A stretch of 64,000 bases of DNA from contig JANXAU010000040.1 of NCBI GenBank assembly GCA_025061735.1, forward strand, positions 33,434 through 97,433, read 5' to 3'. Positions 1-10,402 of the stretch are shown here, one piece after another (positions within the stretch are counted from its first letter, which is position 1; each line of letters opens with the position of its first letter). The notes beneath the pieces are model-generated. The model was not told the DNA's origin and ran no database searches. It was given only the letters and a program-made list of their open reading frames with translations. This DNA is from Candidatus Bipolaricaulota bacterium (GTDB taxonomy: Bacteria; Bipolaricaulota; Bipolaricaulia; RBG-16-55-9; DRXL01). A program made the translations under genes and the position numbers.

Positions 1-1
1 C

Positions 2-1000
2 ATCCCCGACACAGACTTGCTCATCAGCGTCAGCGTCAAGGGCTACGCCAGCGCTCCCAAGGAAGAAGCCTACAGAAAGCAGCAGCGGGGCGGCAAGGGG
101 ATCTTGGTGATGCGCTTGCGCGAGGGCGATGCGATGAAGCGCGTCTTCACTTGCCACGCCCGAGACGACCTGCTCGTCTTCACCAAGGCCCACAAAGCCT
201 ACAAATTAAAAGCGTATCGGTTGTACTCCGAGCGCCGCGATGTCAAGGGCGAGAATTTAAGAAACTTTATCGGGATGAGCCCCGACGAAGAAGTCTGCGC
301 GATGCTTCCGTTGCACACCGACGGCGCGGGGAATCGCTACTGCGTGATGGTCACCGCTCAAGGAATCGTCAACCGCAACGCCTACGAAGACTTCTACAAT
401 GCTCACACCAACGGCATCTTGGCGATCAACCCCGACGAAGGCGATTTTATCGTAGATGCGATCCTCTCTCACGGCACCGGGGATCTGCTGCTGGTGAGCG
501 CGCAGGGCATGACGATTCGCTTTAGGGAAGAAGAGGCGCGCTGTGCCGGCCGGCCCAGCAAGGGTGTGATCGGGATGCGCCTGGACGAAGGGGATCGGCT
601 GGTGGGCGTGGTGGCGCTCGAACCGGGCGATCCCGAAGACAAGCTCTTATTGGTCACCGAGAACGGCTACGGCAAGCGCACGCCGTTAGAGGAGTTCCCG
701 GTGCAAGGGCGCGGCGGCAAGGGCGTCTTGGGCATCAAGGTAGACGAGAAGACGGGGCCGATCGTGGCCGTTGAAAAAGTCAAAGACGACGATGAGATCA
801 TGGTCACCACGCTCAACGGCAAGATCATCAGGATCTCGGCAGCCGAAGTGCGCATCGTCAGCCGCTACGCCAAGGGCGTCAAATTAATAGACCTGGACGA
901 GGGCGACAAGGTCGTCTCCGTCGTGCGCTACGTGCCGGGGAAGAACGGCGAGTCCGAGGGTCACCCTATCGCTCACGAAGCGGCGGCTTCAGGGTCTTAG
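2..1000 (+). CDS. gyrA: DNA gyrase subunit A, C-terminal beta-pinwheel (5' end outside the window)
   Basis: Frame is open from the window start. GyrA-box QQRGGKG followed by pinwheel blades ([27 protein letters not shown]). Confidence 0.88.
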   Translation: MPDTDLLISVSVKGYASAPKEEAYRKQQRGGKGILVMRLREGDAMKRVFTCHARDDLLVFTKAHKAYKLKAYRLYSERRDVKGENLRNFIGMSPDEEVCAMLPLHTDGAGNRYCVMVTAQGIVNRNAYEDFYNAHTNGILAINPDEGDFIVDAILSHGTGDLLLVSAQGMTIRFREEEARCAGRPSKGVIGMRLDEGDRLVGVVALEPGDPEDKLLLVTENGYGKRTPLEEFPVQGRGGKGVLGIKVDEKTGPIVAVEKVKDDDEIMVTTLNGKIIRISAAEVRIVSRYAKGVKLIDLDEGDKVVSVVRYVPGKNGESEGHPIAHEAAASGS

Positions 1001-1005
1001 CGCTC

Positions 1006-2412
1006 ATGCGCACCGTCATCGGCTTAGAAGTCCACGCGCAGCTTCTGACCAAGACCAAGCTCTTCTGTAGCTGTTCGGCAGCGTATTTCGGGGCGCCGCC
1101 CAACGCGCACACGTGCCCGGTCTGTTTGGGGATGCCCGGCGCGCTCCCCGTGCTCAACGAGCGCGCCGTCGAGTACGCCCTGAAAGCCGCGCTCGCCCTG
1201 CACTGCGAGATCCCTGCGCGTTCGGTCTTCGCGCGCAAGAACTACTTCTACCCCGACTTGCCCAAAGGCTATCAGATCTCTCAGTACGAAGAACCCTTGG
1301 CCCTTAGGGGGTATCTGGAGCTTCCGACGGGCAAGCGCGTTCGCATTCGTCGTCTCCATTTGGAAGAAGACGCGGGCAAGCTCTTGCATCGTCCTGAGGG
1401 GTACAGCTTGGTAGATCTCAACCGTGCGGGCGTTCCGTTGATCGAGATCGTCAGCGAACCCGATCTTAGCTCTCCCGAAGAGGCTCGGCTCTACATGGAA
1501 GAGCTGCGGCGGGTTCTGCGCTATCTGGGGGTGTGCAGCGGTGACATGGAAGAAGGCTCGCTGCGCTGCGATGCCAACGTCTCGGTGAGCCCAGATGAGC
1601 GCTTAGGCACCAAGACCGAGATCAAGAACATGAATTCATTCAGAGCGATTGAAGAAGCGCTGAAATTTGAAGTCGCGCGCCAGCGCGCGCTCGTAGAGAA
1701 GGGCCATCCGATCGAGCAGGCCACCCTCACGTGGAACGAGGCGCTGGGGCGAACCGAGCTGATGCGCTCCAAAGAAGAGGCCGAAGACTATCGCTACTTT
1801 CCTGAACCCGATCTCGTCCCTCTTCAGATAGACGACGCTTGGAGAGAGCGCGTGAAGAGATCGCTGCCGGAGCTGCCCGCGCAGAAGCGCGCCCGCTGGA
1901 TGCAAGAATATAAACTTCCAGAGTACGATATCTCCGTGCTCACGGATGAGCGTTCCGTAGCTGAGTATTTTGAATCCGTCGTGGGACTCTATCCCCATCC
2001 CAAGGACGTGAGCAACTGGATGATGTCGGAGATTCTCAGACTGCTCAAAGAGAGCCAGACGATGGAGATCGCGCTCAAACCGGAGCACTTCGCGCGCGTC
2101 TTGGAGATGGTCAGCTCTGGTCAGATCAACCGCACGGTCGCCAAAGACGTGATCGCCGAGTCGTTCAAGACGGGCAAAGCCCCAGACGAGATCGTGCGCG
2201 CGCGGGGATTGTCGCAGATTTCCGACGAGCAAGCGTTGGCAGAGATCGTAGCTAAAGTCCTCGCGGAGAACCCCAAGGCGGTAGCCGACTTCCAGTCGGG
2301 CAAAGAGGCGGCTATTGGCTTTTTGCAGGGGCAAGTGATGAAAGCGACGGGGGGCAAGGCCGATCCCAAGAAGACGCGCGAGATGTTGTTACAGAGACTT
2401 CGCGCGACGTGA
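1006..2412 (+). CDS. gatB: Asp/Glu-tRNA amidotransferase subunit B
   Basis: [56 protein letters not shown] motifs. Confidence 0.97.
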   Translation: MRTVIGLEVHAQLLTKTKLFCSCSAAYFGAPPNAHTCPVCLGMPGALPVLNERAVEYALKAALALHCEIPARSVFARKNYFYPDLPKGYQISQYEEPLALRGYLELPTGKRVRIRRLHLEEDAGKLLHRPEGYSLVDLNRAGVPLIEIVSEPDLSSPEEARLYMEELRRVLRYLGVCSGDMEEGSLRCDANVSVSPDERLGTKTEIKNMNSFRAIEEALKFEVARQRALVEKGHPIEQATLTWNEALGRTELMRSKEEAEDYRYFPEPDLVPLQIDDAWRERVKRSLPELPAQKRARWMQEYKLPEYDISVLTDERSVAEYFESVVGLYPHPKDVSNWMMSEILRLLKESQTMEIALKPEHFARVLEMVSSGQINRTVAKDVIAESFKTGKAPDEIVRARGLSQISDEQALAEIVAKVLAENPKAVADFQSGKEAAIGFLQGQVMKATGGKADPKKTREMLLQRLRAT

Positions 2413-2823
2413 TCAACTTGTTGTAGCCCCAACGGCGTATTTGCAATCAGCCCTATCGCCCCGTAAGCGGCGAACCCCTTGACCACGATTGATCTCGATC
2501 TGCAAGAGACGCCCCCCTAACCCTTGGCGAATCACTTCGACCGCCGCGTCGAGATCCATCTTCGGCCCGCACGTGAAGATATCTATCGCCGCGTATCCGT
2601 ACTCCGGCCAGGTATGAATCGTCAAGTGCGACTCGGCGATCACCACAACGCCGCTGACGCCATAGGGACTGAACCGATGGAAGACGCTCTTGACAACCGT
2701 CGCATTGGCAGCGCGCGCTGCGTCGAGCAGCAACTGCTCTAACCCTTGGACATCATTGAGCAGATGGGAATCCGCCTCGAAGACCTCCACGATCAGATGA
2801 CGCCCCAGGGCTGGCTCCCGCAT
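2413..2823 (-). CDS. speD: S-adenosylmethionine decarboxylase proenzyme
   Basis: [40 protein letters not shown] (ES self-cleavage site). SD GGAGGTG. Confidence 0.95.
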   Translation of the reverse strand: MREPALGRHLIVEVFEADSHLLNDVQGLEQLLLDAARAANATVVKSVFHRFSPYGVSGVVVIAESHLTIHTWPEYGYAAIDIFTCGPKMDLDAAVEVIRQGLGGRLLQIEINRGQGVRRLRGDRADCKYAVGATTS

Positions 2824-2826
2824 GGC

Positions 2827-3894
2827 TCACCTCCTCGGTGGTCTCATGATCGAGTCTTGGTCATAGTAGATCTCCACCTCCTCCTCCCCAAGGGAGCGAC
2901 ACCGCACGGGGTGAAACGCGCCGAGCGTCTCGACCCGAAAGAACGTCGAACGATACCACGGCCGATCCGGAGCCTCCGAGAACAACGCCGATTGCTGTGA
3001 AACCGTCTCCGTCAGATACGGCCAATTCTCGTAAAACCCAAAATCCCGCAATACATCCGAGATGAACAGATCGTGTCTCTCTAGAAGCTTCTGTTCAAAA
3101 AGCCGCCATTTTTCAGGCGATGCTTCGATCTTGGTCAACCCAAAATACCCCGCCTGCCCCGCCCCCGGCTTCAACAGCGATAAGCCCTGCTCGACAAAGA
3201 GCAGAAAGCCGTCTACCGTCTCTAACGGGTCGGTGACGAAGACGTCGAAGCTCCCAAAGAATTTCTCAGGCAGGGGCCGGCGCAGATCGTGGAGATACGC
3301 CTTGAGCGGCCAGCCCCTTTGCTGCGCGTGCTCGTTGAGAAAATCTACAAGACGTTGATCTATCTCGAAAACGACGATCTGCGCCGGTCGCTCTGTCAGG
3401 GCCAACGCGACGCTGAGCAGATCGTCATCGCCCAACAAGACGATCTCTCTGTGGGCCAGATCGCCGCAGCGATCGAGCCACGCCACACGACGAATGACCG
3501 ACTCTTCGGTCAGAAAGCCCTGCTCAAATTCGAGTGCTGCTGAAGGGCGTTGTTGAGCGATTTGGGCGAATTTCTGTTGCAGGTGTGGGAGGGGAGCCGG
3601 GCCGATGGTGCACTGAGGGCACGGCGTATGCACGGGCGGGGAGAGAGCAACTCGCCAGCGCTCGAACGCCACGCGGCCCGCGGGCGTCAGCTCGAGGGCG
3701 CGCCCTCGGACTTTCAGATAGCCCAATTCGCGCAAAGCCTCGATCAGCTCTGCAAATTGCGGGAAGGGGCGCTCGCACGCGCCCGCGGCTTGCCAGAGAT
3801 CCCTCTCACGATAGAGCGCCTGCAGCATTCGGCGCACGTCGGGTGCGCTAAGAGCCGATGACCGTTGCTGCAGGCGTTGTAGCAATTCCTGCAT
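2827..3894 (-). CDS. bpsA: Branched-chain polyamine synthase (N4-bis(aminopropyl)spermidine synthase, DUF43)
   Basis: GDDDLLS motif, EID, FDVFVTDP.ET. Directly upstream of speD. Start moved to ATG 3894, which has an AGGTG SD. Confidence 0.85.
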   Translation of the reverse strand: MQELLQRLQQRSSALSAPDVRRMLQALYRERDLWQAAGACERPFPQFAELIEALRELGYLKVRGRALELTPAGRVAFERWRVALSPPVHTPCPQCTIGPAPLPHLQQKFAQIAQQRPSAALEFEQGFLTEESVIRRVAWLDRCGDLAHREIVLLGDDDLLSVALALTERPAQIVVFEIDQRLVDFLNEHAQQRGWPLKAYLHDLRRPLPEKFFGSFDVFVTDPLETVDGFLLFVEQGLSLLKPGAGQAGYFGLTKIEASPEKWRLFEQKLLERHDLFISDVLRDFGFYENWPYLTETVSQQSALFSEAPDRPWYRSTFFRVETLGAFHPVRCRSLGEEEVEIYYDQDSIMRPPRR

Positions 3895-4006
3895 GGCGAT
3901 CACCTGCAAAAGCAAAATGGACTTGCCCTCCACACAACCACACCATGACGCAAAGAGCTGTTCCTTGCGTCCTAGCACGGGGCTTCAGACAAGCCCAGGC
4001 GTTTTT

Positions 4007-4035
4007 ATTATAGCGTCGTGCCCTGCTCTTGGCAA
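4007..4035 (-). promoter_or_regulatory. Sigma70-type promoter for bpsA-speD
   Basis: TTGCCA-17 nt-TATAAT on the minus strand, ahead of a leader of about 105 nt. Confidence 0.65.
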
Positions 4036-4039
4036 ATTC

Positions 4040-4516
4040 TCAAACGCGGTGCTCGTTCAGTCTATAGGCGGCGATCCCAAAGGCTACCGCCACGTTGAGC
4101 GATTCTTTCTGGCCGTGCATCGGAAGTGTGATGATCGCGTCGGCGCGCTTTAGAAGCGCGTGAGAAAGCCCGGTCACCTCGTTGCCCAGCACAAGCGCGA
4201 TGGGAAACTTCGGGACAAATGCGCGATAGTCTATCGTGGGAAACTCGATATTGTTCTCTAACGCAACGATCTGGACGTTTTGGGCTTTGAGTCGTTCGAG
4301 CAGCCTCCACGTTTGGGCAACGCGCTCCCATGGGACGGTCTTTTCGGCTCCGAGCGCGACTTTTTCGATCTCGTAGCGCGGCGGCGTGGGCGTGTAGCCA
4401 CACAGATAGAGTTTGGTGATCCCCGCCGCATCAGCAGTTCTAAAGATAGCCCCAACGTTGAACATGCTACGAATGTTGTCACAGACGACGTAGAAGTCTT
4501 TAGTAAACATTTTCAT
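4040..4516 (-). CDS. TrmH/SpoU family RNA methyltransferase
   Basis: DNIRSMFNVGAIFRTADA, LGNEVTG, KESLNVAVA SPOUT motifs. Confidence 0.9.
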   Translation of the reverse strand: MKMFTKDFYVVCDNIRSMFNVGAIFRTADAAGITKLYLCGYTPTPPRYEIEKVALGAEKTVPWERVAQTWRLLERLKAQNVQIVALENNIEFPTIDYRAFVPKFPIALVLGNEVTGLSHALLKRADAIITLPMHGQKESLNVAVAFGIAAYRLNEHRV

Positions 4517-4587
4517 ACGCCCGGCCACCCACGTAGCGGGCTTTGTATTGTACAAGATTATCCATTCGCGGTATACTGAAGACGCGC

Positions 4588-6075
4588 ATGATCGAGCTCG
4601 ATGGACACTCTTTGACTCTTGAAGCTGCTGCGAAGATCGTCTTTGGCTGCGAGAAGGTGTCTCTGGCGTCCAGCGCGTTGGAGCGCGTGCGGGCTGCTCG
4701 CGCCCTTGTCGAGCAGATCGTCTCCAAGAACCAGAGAGTTTATGGGATCAACACGGGCTTTGGCAAGCTCAGCACCGAGGCGATCCCCAGCGAAAAGCTC
4801 TCGCTGCTCCAAGAGAATCTCCTCAAGAGCCATGCTGTGGGCGTTGGGGAGCCGCTCCCCGACGAAGTCGCTCGTGCGGCGTTGCTCTTTCGCCTCAATT
4901 CGCTCTTGCAGGGACGCTCCGGCGTGCGCGTTGAAGTGATAGAATATCTCAAAGAATTTGTCAATCGCTCGGTTGTCCCCATCATCCCCTCGAAAGGCTC
5001 GGTCGGCTCCAGCGGGGATTTAGCGCCCTTAGCCCATCTGGCGCTGCTCTTGATCGGCGAGGGCCACGCCAAGCTCAGCGAAACAATTCTCTCTGGGAGG
5101 GAGGTATTACGCGAGCTTGGACTAGAACCGTTGCGCTTGGCCCCCAAAGAAGGACTGGCGCTCGTCAACGGGACACAGATCACGTTAGCGTTGGGATTTG
5201 TCGCGCTCGTGCGCGCCCAGAAGCTCTTAGCCCAAGCGCAAGCGATCGGCGCGCTCGCGGTCGAAGCGCTGCGCGGGCATACAGACGCTTTCGATGAGCG
5301 TCTGCATCGCGCGCGCCCGCACTCTGGGCAACTGCGCGTCGCGCAAGCGTTGCGCGACTGGCTTCACGGCAGCCAGCTCGTCAACGGCAGAACCGACGAT
5401 GTCCAAGACAATTACACGCTGCGCTGCATCCCCCAAGTCTTGGGCGCCTCTCTCGATGCGCTCGACTTTGTCGCTCAAACATTCCAGATCGAGATGAACT
5501 CGGCTACTGATAACCCCTTGGTCTTCGCCGAGTCGGGGGAGGTGCTTTCGGGGGGGAACTTTCACGGGCAGATCTTGGCGTTCTGCTGCGAACTCTTAGG
5601 CCAAGCCGTCGCAGAGATTGGGAACTTCTCCGAGCGCCAGATCGCGCTCCTGCTCGAAGCCCCTGATCTTCCCAAGTTTTTGGTCCAGGAGAGCGGGCTG
5701 AATTCGGGTCTAATGGTTCCCCAATACACAGCCGCCGCGCTCGTCGCAGAGAACAAAGTGCTGGCACACCCCGCCAGCGTGGACTCTATTCCTACCTCCG
5801 GGGGCAAAGAAGACCACAACAGCATGGCCACTACCTCGGCCTATAAAGCCCTTCGTATCGTCGAGAACGTCGAGATCATCTTAGCGATCGCGCTGCTGAC
5901 GGTGCGTCAAGCCCTCCGCTTCCGGGACCCTTCTCTATTGGCTCCCCGCACCCGCGCCCTCTATGAACGCCTCTCCCGGCAGATCCCCCCGTTGGACAAA
6001 GATCGCCTCTTGCAGTATGATATTCAACGGGCAATACGCATTCTAAAGGAGGATCAGGGGTTGAATGTCATTTAA
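4588..6075 (+). CDS. hutH: Histidine ammonia-lyase (MIO enzyme, SSG triad)
   Basis: YGINTGFGKL, LKSHAVG (HAL-type SH), GSVGSSGDLAPLAH, DNP, GGNFHG, EDHNSM. Confidence 0.9.
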   Translation: MIELDGHSLTLEAAAKIVFGCEKVSLASSALERVRAARALVEQIVSKNQRVYGINTGFGKLSTEAIPSEKLSLLQENLLKSHAVGVGEPLPDEVARAALLFRLNSLLQGRSGVRVEVIEYLKEFVNRSVVPIIPSKGSVGSSGDLAPLAHLALLLIGEGHAKLSETILSGREVLRELGLEPLRLAPKEGLALVNGTQITLALGFVALVRAQKLLAQAQAIGALAVEALRGHTDAFDERLHRARPHSGQLRVAQALRDWLHGSQLVNGRTDDVQDNYTLRCIPQVLGASLDALDFVAQTFQIEMNSATDNPLVFAESGEVLSGGNFHGQILAFCCELLGQAVAEIGNFSERQIALLLEAPDLPKFLVQESGLNSGLMVPQYTAAALVAENKVLAHPASVDSIPTSGGKEDHNSMATTSAYKALRIVENVEIILAIALLTVRQALRFRDPSLLAPRTRALYERLSRQIPPLDKDRLLQYDIQRAIRILKEDQGLNVI

Positions 6076-6958
6076 GTCGGGGTTTGTCGGGCTTTTGGGG
6101 CAGGCGAACGCGGGCAAGTCGAGCTTTATTAATGCTCTTCTGGGCCAGAAGTTTCTCATTGTCTCCGAGAAGCGCCAATCTACGCGCTATCGCATTCGCT
6201 GCGTGCTCACCCTCCCCGGCGCGCAGATCGTCTTCGTAGATACCCCTGGCCTGCACAAGCCCGTAGACAAGCTCAGTCGGTATCTCATCAAGCAGGCCTA
6301 CGCCGCGCTCTCGGGGTTAGATGTGTTGGTCTACATGACCGAGCCATGGGGCAAGCTCCACGAAGAAGACCAGAAAGCCTTCGAGCACTTGAAGAACTTC
6401 TCCAAGCCCATTCTGCTGTTGATCAATAAGATTGATCTCGCCGATGCTGCCACCCTCGAAGAGACGACGCGCGCCTACCGACAGACGGGTCTCTTCCGTG
6501 AGATCATCCCCATCTCGTGCAAGCAAGAAGCCAATTTGGGATTAGCCGCGAACAAGATCGCCGAGCTTTTGCCCGAAGGCCCCAAGTTCTTCCCCGACGA
6601 GATCCGCACCGATCGCTCTCAAGAGTTTATCATTGCCGAGTTCATCCGCGAGAAGATCTTTCAACTCACCCACAAAGAGATCCCCTACTCTACTGTTGTA
6701 GAAGTGACGCACATGGCCGAGCGCGAGGACGGGGAACTTCTAGAGATCTTCGCGAATATATATGTAGCTCGCGAATCGCAAAAAGCGATTCTGATCGGGA
6801 GCGGAGGCAAGATGATCAAGCAGATCGGGACGCTCGCCCGCCAAGAGATCGAGCGGTTTTTGGGGCGCAAGGTCTACCTCGATCTGCAAGTAAAGGTCCA
6901 CCGCGACTGGAACGAGAGCGAAGCGGAGATCGTGCGGATGCTCGACCGAGTGAGATAA
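6065..6958 (+). CDS. era: GTPase Era
   Basis: KSGFV, GKSS P-loop, DTPG, NKID and a KH domain (EIPYS, ILIGSGGKMIK). Confidence 0.95.
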   Translation: MSFKSGFVGLLGQANAGKSSFINALLGQKFLIVSEKRQSTRYRIRCVLTLPGAQIVFVDTPGLHKPVDKLSRYLIKQAYAALSGLDVLVYMTEPWGKLHEEDQKAFEHLKNFSKPILLLINKIDLADAATLEETTRAYRQTGLFREIIPISCKQEANLGLAANKIAELLPEGPKFFPDEIRTDRSQEFIIAEFIREKIFQLTHKEIPYSTVVEVTHMAEREDGELLEIFANIYVARESQKAILIGSGGKMIKQIGTLARQEIERFLGRKVYLDLQVKVHRDWNESEAEIVRMLDRVR

Positions 6959-6961
6959 CCC

Positions 6962-8893
6962 ATGAGCTTAGTACGCGAGGGTTTTACACACTCAGAAACG
7001 CTCTTTCGTGCTCTTGTGGAGAGCGCGCTCGTCGGCATCTATGTCATCCAAGATGGCCGACTCGTTTATATCAATTCCGTGCTCGAAGAGACCTTGGGCT
7101 ACACGCGAGAAGAAGTTTCTCAGGGTCTGCTCATGGATCTGGTGATCCCCGAAGACCGTGCTCTGGTGTTGGAGAAGATTCGCGCCCGCGAGTCCGGGGA
7201 GATCGAAGCGGCGCGCTATACGCTGCGAGTGCGGGCCAAAGACGGCCGCACCGTGTGGCTTGAAGTCTGGGGGCGCCGCGGCGAATGGCACGGCCGCCCC
7301 GCGATCATCGGCACCGCTTTGAATATAACCCCTCACAAAGAGACCGAACACTTGCGCACTATACTCCTGCATATCGGCTCCCAAATCTTGCACAACACCA
7401 GCACCAAAACTATCTTAAAGACGGTCGTCCAAGCGCTGCATCAGCACTCCAAGTTTCGCAAAGTTGGCTGCTCGCTCTACGCTGTCCCCAGCGACCCTCG
7501 CTCTCCTCAGCCACCGATCATCGCTGAATACTTGACGGCGGGCCTGACCCCCGAAGAAGAGCAGCGCATTCGTCAAAATATTAATATCGGAAAGATCATC
7601 CCCGATCGCCGCATCTTAGAGACGGGGCAGCCCATCGGCGCCGCCCTCTATGTCACCCCAGAGCGAATGCCAGAACTCCCAGAGTACAGCGCCGCCGTAG
7701 TCCCCCCAGGGAGGACGTGGGGGCCTCACGATACGCTCTATATCTTCTTGCGCATCGGGGAGCGCATCTTCGGGCGGATCGCGCTCGCCGATCCCCACGA
7801 CGGCCAGATCCCCACCCCCAGCGAACTCGAACCCCTCGTGCTCTTGGCCCACTTCGCCACGCTGGCCATCCATCACACCCGCCACCTGAGCGAGCTGCGT
7901 GAACAGCAACACCAAATGCAAAGCTTGATCGCATTCTTGCAAGCGCTCAACCAGTCCTCCACGCTCCAAGAACTCTTAGAGATCGTCATCCGTGAGGCCG
8001 TTCACTTGATCCCCAACGCCCAAGGCGGGTCTTTCTTGATGCTCAACCCCCAGACCGACGAGTTTGAGTTCCAAGCCGCGGTGGGCCGCGATCTGCAAAA
8101 GCTCCAAACGGTGACCATCCCCTATGAGCACATCGCTCATACGCTGGGGCTAGAGCACGGGCCGAAGATTTTAACGGCCTCGGAGCAATTGACCCATCCC
8201 GCTCTTGTTGAGATCATCCAAAAGCTAGGGCCACCGCCGGCCTCGACGATCTCCCTGCCGCTGCGCGATCCCGAGGGCCGCATCATGGGTGTTCTAAATA
8301 TCAACAACTACGACAAAGAGGGCGTCTTCGATCACTCTGATTTAGAGCGATTGGTCGCCTTTCGCACGCAGTTGGAGATCGCGCTTGCCCGCGAACGCGA
8401 CCGAATTCGTCTCAGAGAGCTGAGCAAGCGCGACGCCCTGACCGAAGTCTATAACCGACGCACTCTAGAAGAAGCCTTGGAATGCTTAGAGAAAACCCAA
8501 CGCCCTTTCGCGCTCGTCTTTGTAGATATTGATGATTTCTATACAGTGAACGATCGTTTTGGGCATCTGGAGGGGGACAGAGTCATCCAAGAGCTGGCGA
8601 GCTTTTTGCGCCAGAACGTGCGCGCCACCGATGGGGTCTATCGCTACGGCGGCGATGAGTTCGTGATTGTGATGGAAGGAGCCAACCGCGCGGAGGCGCA
8701 GCGCGCCATGGAGCGCTTGGAGACGAAGCTGCGCACGCTTTGTGCGCAATGGCGCGCGCGCTTGCAGAACACCGAGATCGCCTTGAGTCTGGGGATTTCG
8801 GACTGGTCTCCGGAGGCGCCACGCTCGCTCCGCGAGGTCCTTGAAGAGGCCGATCAATTTATGTATCGTCGTAAGCGAGCGAAGAAGCTATGA
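6962..8893 (+). CDS. PAS-GAF-GAF diguanylate cyclase
   Basis: N-terminal PAS, GAF-like middle, DALTEVYNRR, RATD I-site, intact GGDEF. Confidence 0.9.
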   Translation: MSLVREGFTHSETLFRALVESALVGIYVIQDGRLVYINSVLEETLGYTREEVSQGLLMDLVIPEDRALVLEKIRARESGEIEAARYTLRVRAKDGRTVWLEVWGRRGEWHGRPAIIGTALNITPHKETEHLRTILLHIGSQILHNTSTKTILKTVVQALHQHSKFRKVGCSLYAVPSDPRSPQPPIIAEYLTAGLTPEEEQRIRQNINIGKIIPDRRILETGQPIGAALYVTPERMPELPEYSAAVVPPGRTWGPHDTLYIFLRIGERIFGRIALADPHDGQIPTPSELEPLVLLAHFATLAIHHTRHLSELREQQHQMQSLIAFLQALNQSSTLQELLEIVIREAVHLIPNAQGGSFLMLNPQTDEFEFQAAVGRDLQKLQTVTIPYEHIAHTLGLEHGPKILTASEQLTHPALVEIIQKLGPPPASTISLPLRDPEGRIMGVLNINNYDKEGVFDHSDLERLVAFRTQLEIALARERDRIRLRELSKRDALTEVYNRRTLEEALECLEKTQRPFALVFVDIDDFYTVNDRFGHLEGDRVIQELASFLRQNVRATDGVYRYGGDEFVIVMEGANRAEAQRAMERLETKLRTLCAQWRARLQNTEIALSLGISDWSPEAPRSLREVLEEADQFMYRRKRAKKL

Positions 8894-9747
8894 TCGTCAT
8901 TCGTCCGTTGCAGACTTTAGAAGAGCTGCACGCGTGCGAGCGGCTTCAGAAGGAGATCTGGGGCTTTGAAGATATCAGCGTTGTGCCCCATCACTTGCTC
9001 TTGACGACCATCAAGAACGGCGGCGTGCTGTTGGGGGCGTTTGAAGGGGAAGCGATGATCGGGTTTGTCTATGGCTTCCCCGGCATCGAACAGAATAGAG
9101 TCAAGCACTGTTCGCTCATGTGCGCCGTCGTCTCGGAGCGTCGCTTTCAGGGCGTGGGCTATCAACTCAAACTGAAGCAGCGCGAGGCCGTACTCGCCCA
9201 AGGGATTGAGCTGATCACGTGGACGTTCGATCCGCTCGTCAGCTCCAATGCGCATTTCAATCTGCACAAGCTGGGCGTCATCTCCAACCGATACGAGCGC
9301 AATCTCTACGGGGATATGCGAGACAGATTGAACGCCGGTCTGGAGACCGATCGCTTGACGGTCGAGTGGTGGATCGCCAGCCCGCGCGTGAGGAGGAGAC
9401 TCGACTTCGCTGGCTCTGTCCCCAAGGGAGATCTCGCTGCCTTGGGAGAGGTCATCAACCAGACCGAAGAGCGCGACGGCTTCTTGGTCAACCGCGACTA
9501 TTCGCTCGCGCGCACCGAGCCGAAGCTGCTCTTGGAGATCCCGTATCACTGGCGCGAGATGCGCGAGCAGAATATGCCGTTAGTGCGAGAGTGGCGTCAG
9601 GTGACGCGCGCGATCTTCGAGCGCTACTTCGCTCAAGGCTACTATGCGACGGATTTTCTCGTCTTCGAGCACCTAGGGCAGAAGCGCGCGTTCTATTTGT
9701 TAGAAAAATCTCAGAGAGAAGCGTTGCTAAACGTTGTCCTAACGTAA
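8890..9747 (+). CDS. GNAT acyltransferase (probable D-amino acid N-succinyltransferase)
   Basis: QGVGYQLKLKQR, WTFDPL, NAHFN.KLG, TDRL.VEW. This family is usually found beside NSAR/OSBS. Confidence 0.8.
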   Translation: MIVIRPLQTLEELHACERLQKEIWGFEDISVVPHHLLLTTIKNGGVLLGAFEGEAMIGFVYGFPGIEQNRVKHCSLMCAVVSERRFQGVGYQLKLKQREAVLAQGIELITWTFDPLVSSNAHFNLHKLGVISNRYERNLYGDMRDRLNAGLETDRLTVEWWIASPRVRRRLDFAGSVPKGDLAALGEVINQTEERDGFLVNRDYSLARTEPKLLLEIPYHWREMREQNMPLVREWRQVTRAIFERYFAQGYYATDFLVFEHLGQKRAFYLLEKSQREALLNVVLT

Positions 9748-9770
9748 ATCTTGGGCTATGATAGAGCATC

Positions 9771-10022
9771 ATGAACATCACACAGTTGCAAGCAGATGAT
9801 GAATGGCTCGCGAATCATCTGGACGAGTTGGTAGAACGTTATTCTGGGCGTGCGATCGCCATTCACCAAGGAGCTATTATCGCTGTCGGTGATTCTGAAG
9901 CCGAGGTCTATCGTCAACTTCGTGAACGTGGAGTTGATCCCATGCCGTTGGTCTTTCGCGTTCCTAGACCTGAAGATCTCCATTCGATCTTAGCTACCCA
10001 TGCCTATTATCTTTCGCTATAA
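9771..10022 (+). CDS. DUF5678-like small protein
   Basis: W..H..EL..RY.G..IAI..G.IIA.G pattern. Overlaps the downstream protease gene. Confidence 0.7.
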   Translation: MNITQLQADDEWLANHLDELVERYSGRAIAIHQGAIIAVGDSEAEVYRQLRERGVDPMPLVFRVPRPEDLHSILATHAYYLSL

Positions 10023-10395
10023 GAGTCTGAAAGGACGGCCGCTTCCCCTTATACCTGTCGGCCTCAAGATCGCCGAACGATGGTGCCCTGTGGAACTCTA
10101 TGTAGATTCTGGAGCAGCGTACACGGTGCTCCATGCGAGCATCGCTGAGGGCATAGGATTCGATTATCGCAAGGGACAACTCATCCATCTGCAAGTTGGA
10201 GATGGCGGTTTCATTCCGGTCTATCTGCACTCGTTGGAGTTTCAGCTTGGCCCAGAGCGATTTACTGCGCAGGTGGGATTTTCTGAAAGACTCGGAGTCA
10301 GCTTCAATCTGATGGGGCGTGCTGATATATTCGAGCGTTTTGAAATATGCTTTCATGAAAAGCAGAGAATAGTGAGTTTTGAACGTGCTCTTTAA
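10000..10395 (+). CDS. Retropepsin-like (clan AA) aspartyl protease
   Basis: VDSGA catalytic motif and C-terminal LMGR.D motif, 131 aa. Confidence 0.8.
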   Translation: MPIIFRYKSLKGRPLPLIPVGLKIAERWCPVELYVDSGAAYTVLHASIAEGIGFDYRKGQLIHLQVGDGGFIPVYLHSLEFQLGPERFTAQVGFSERLGVSFNLMGRADIFERFEICFHEKQRIVSFERAL

Positions 10396-10402
10396 AAGAT
10401 CT

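Noticed and set aside
2420-2460. speD tail resembling a decayed GTAG-type REP (GGCGTATTTGCAATCAGCCC)
   Set aside because: Too degenerate to support without an intact copy.
3940-3975. GACGCAAAG similarity to the c-di-GMP-I riboswitch and GTGGAGGG similarity to SAM-I
   Set aside because: Only short fragments match and the rest of each consensus is missing. Kept only as an unclassified leader.
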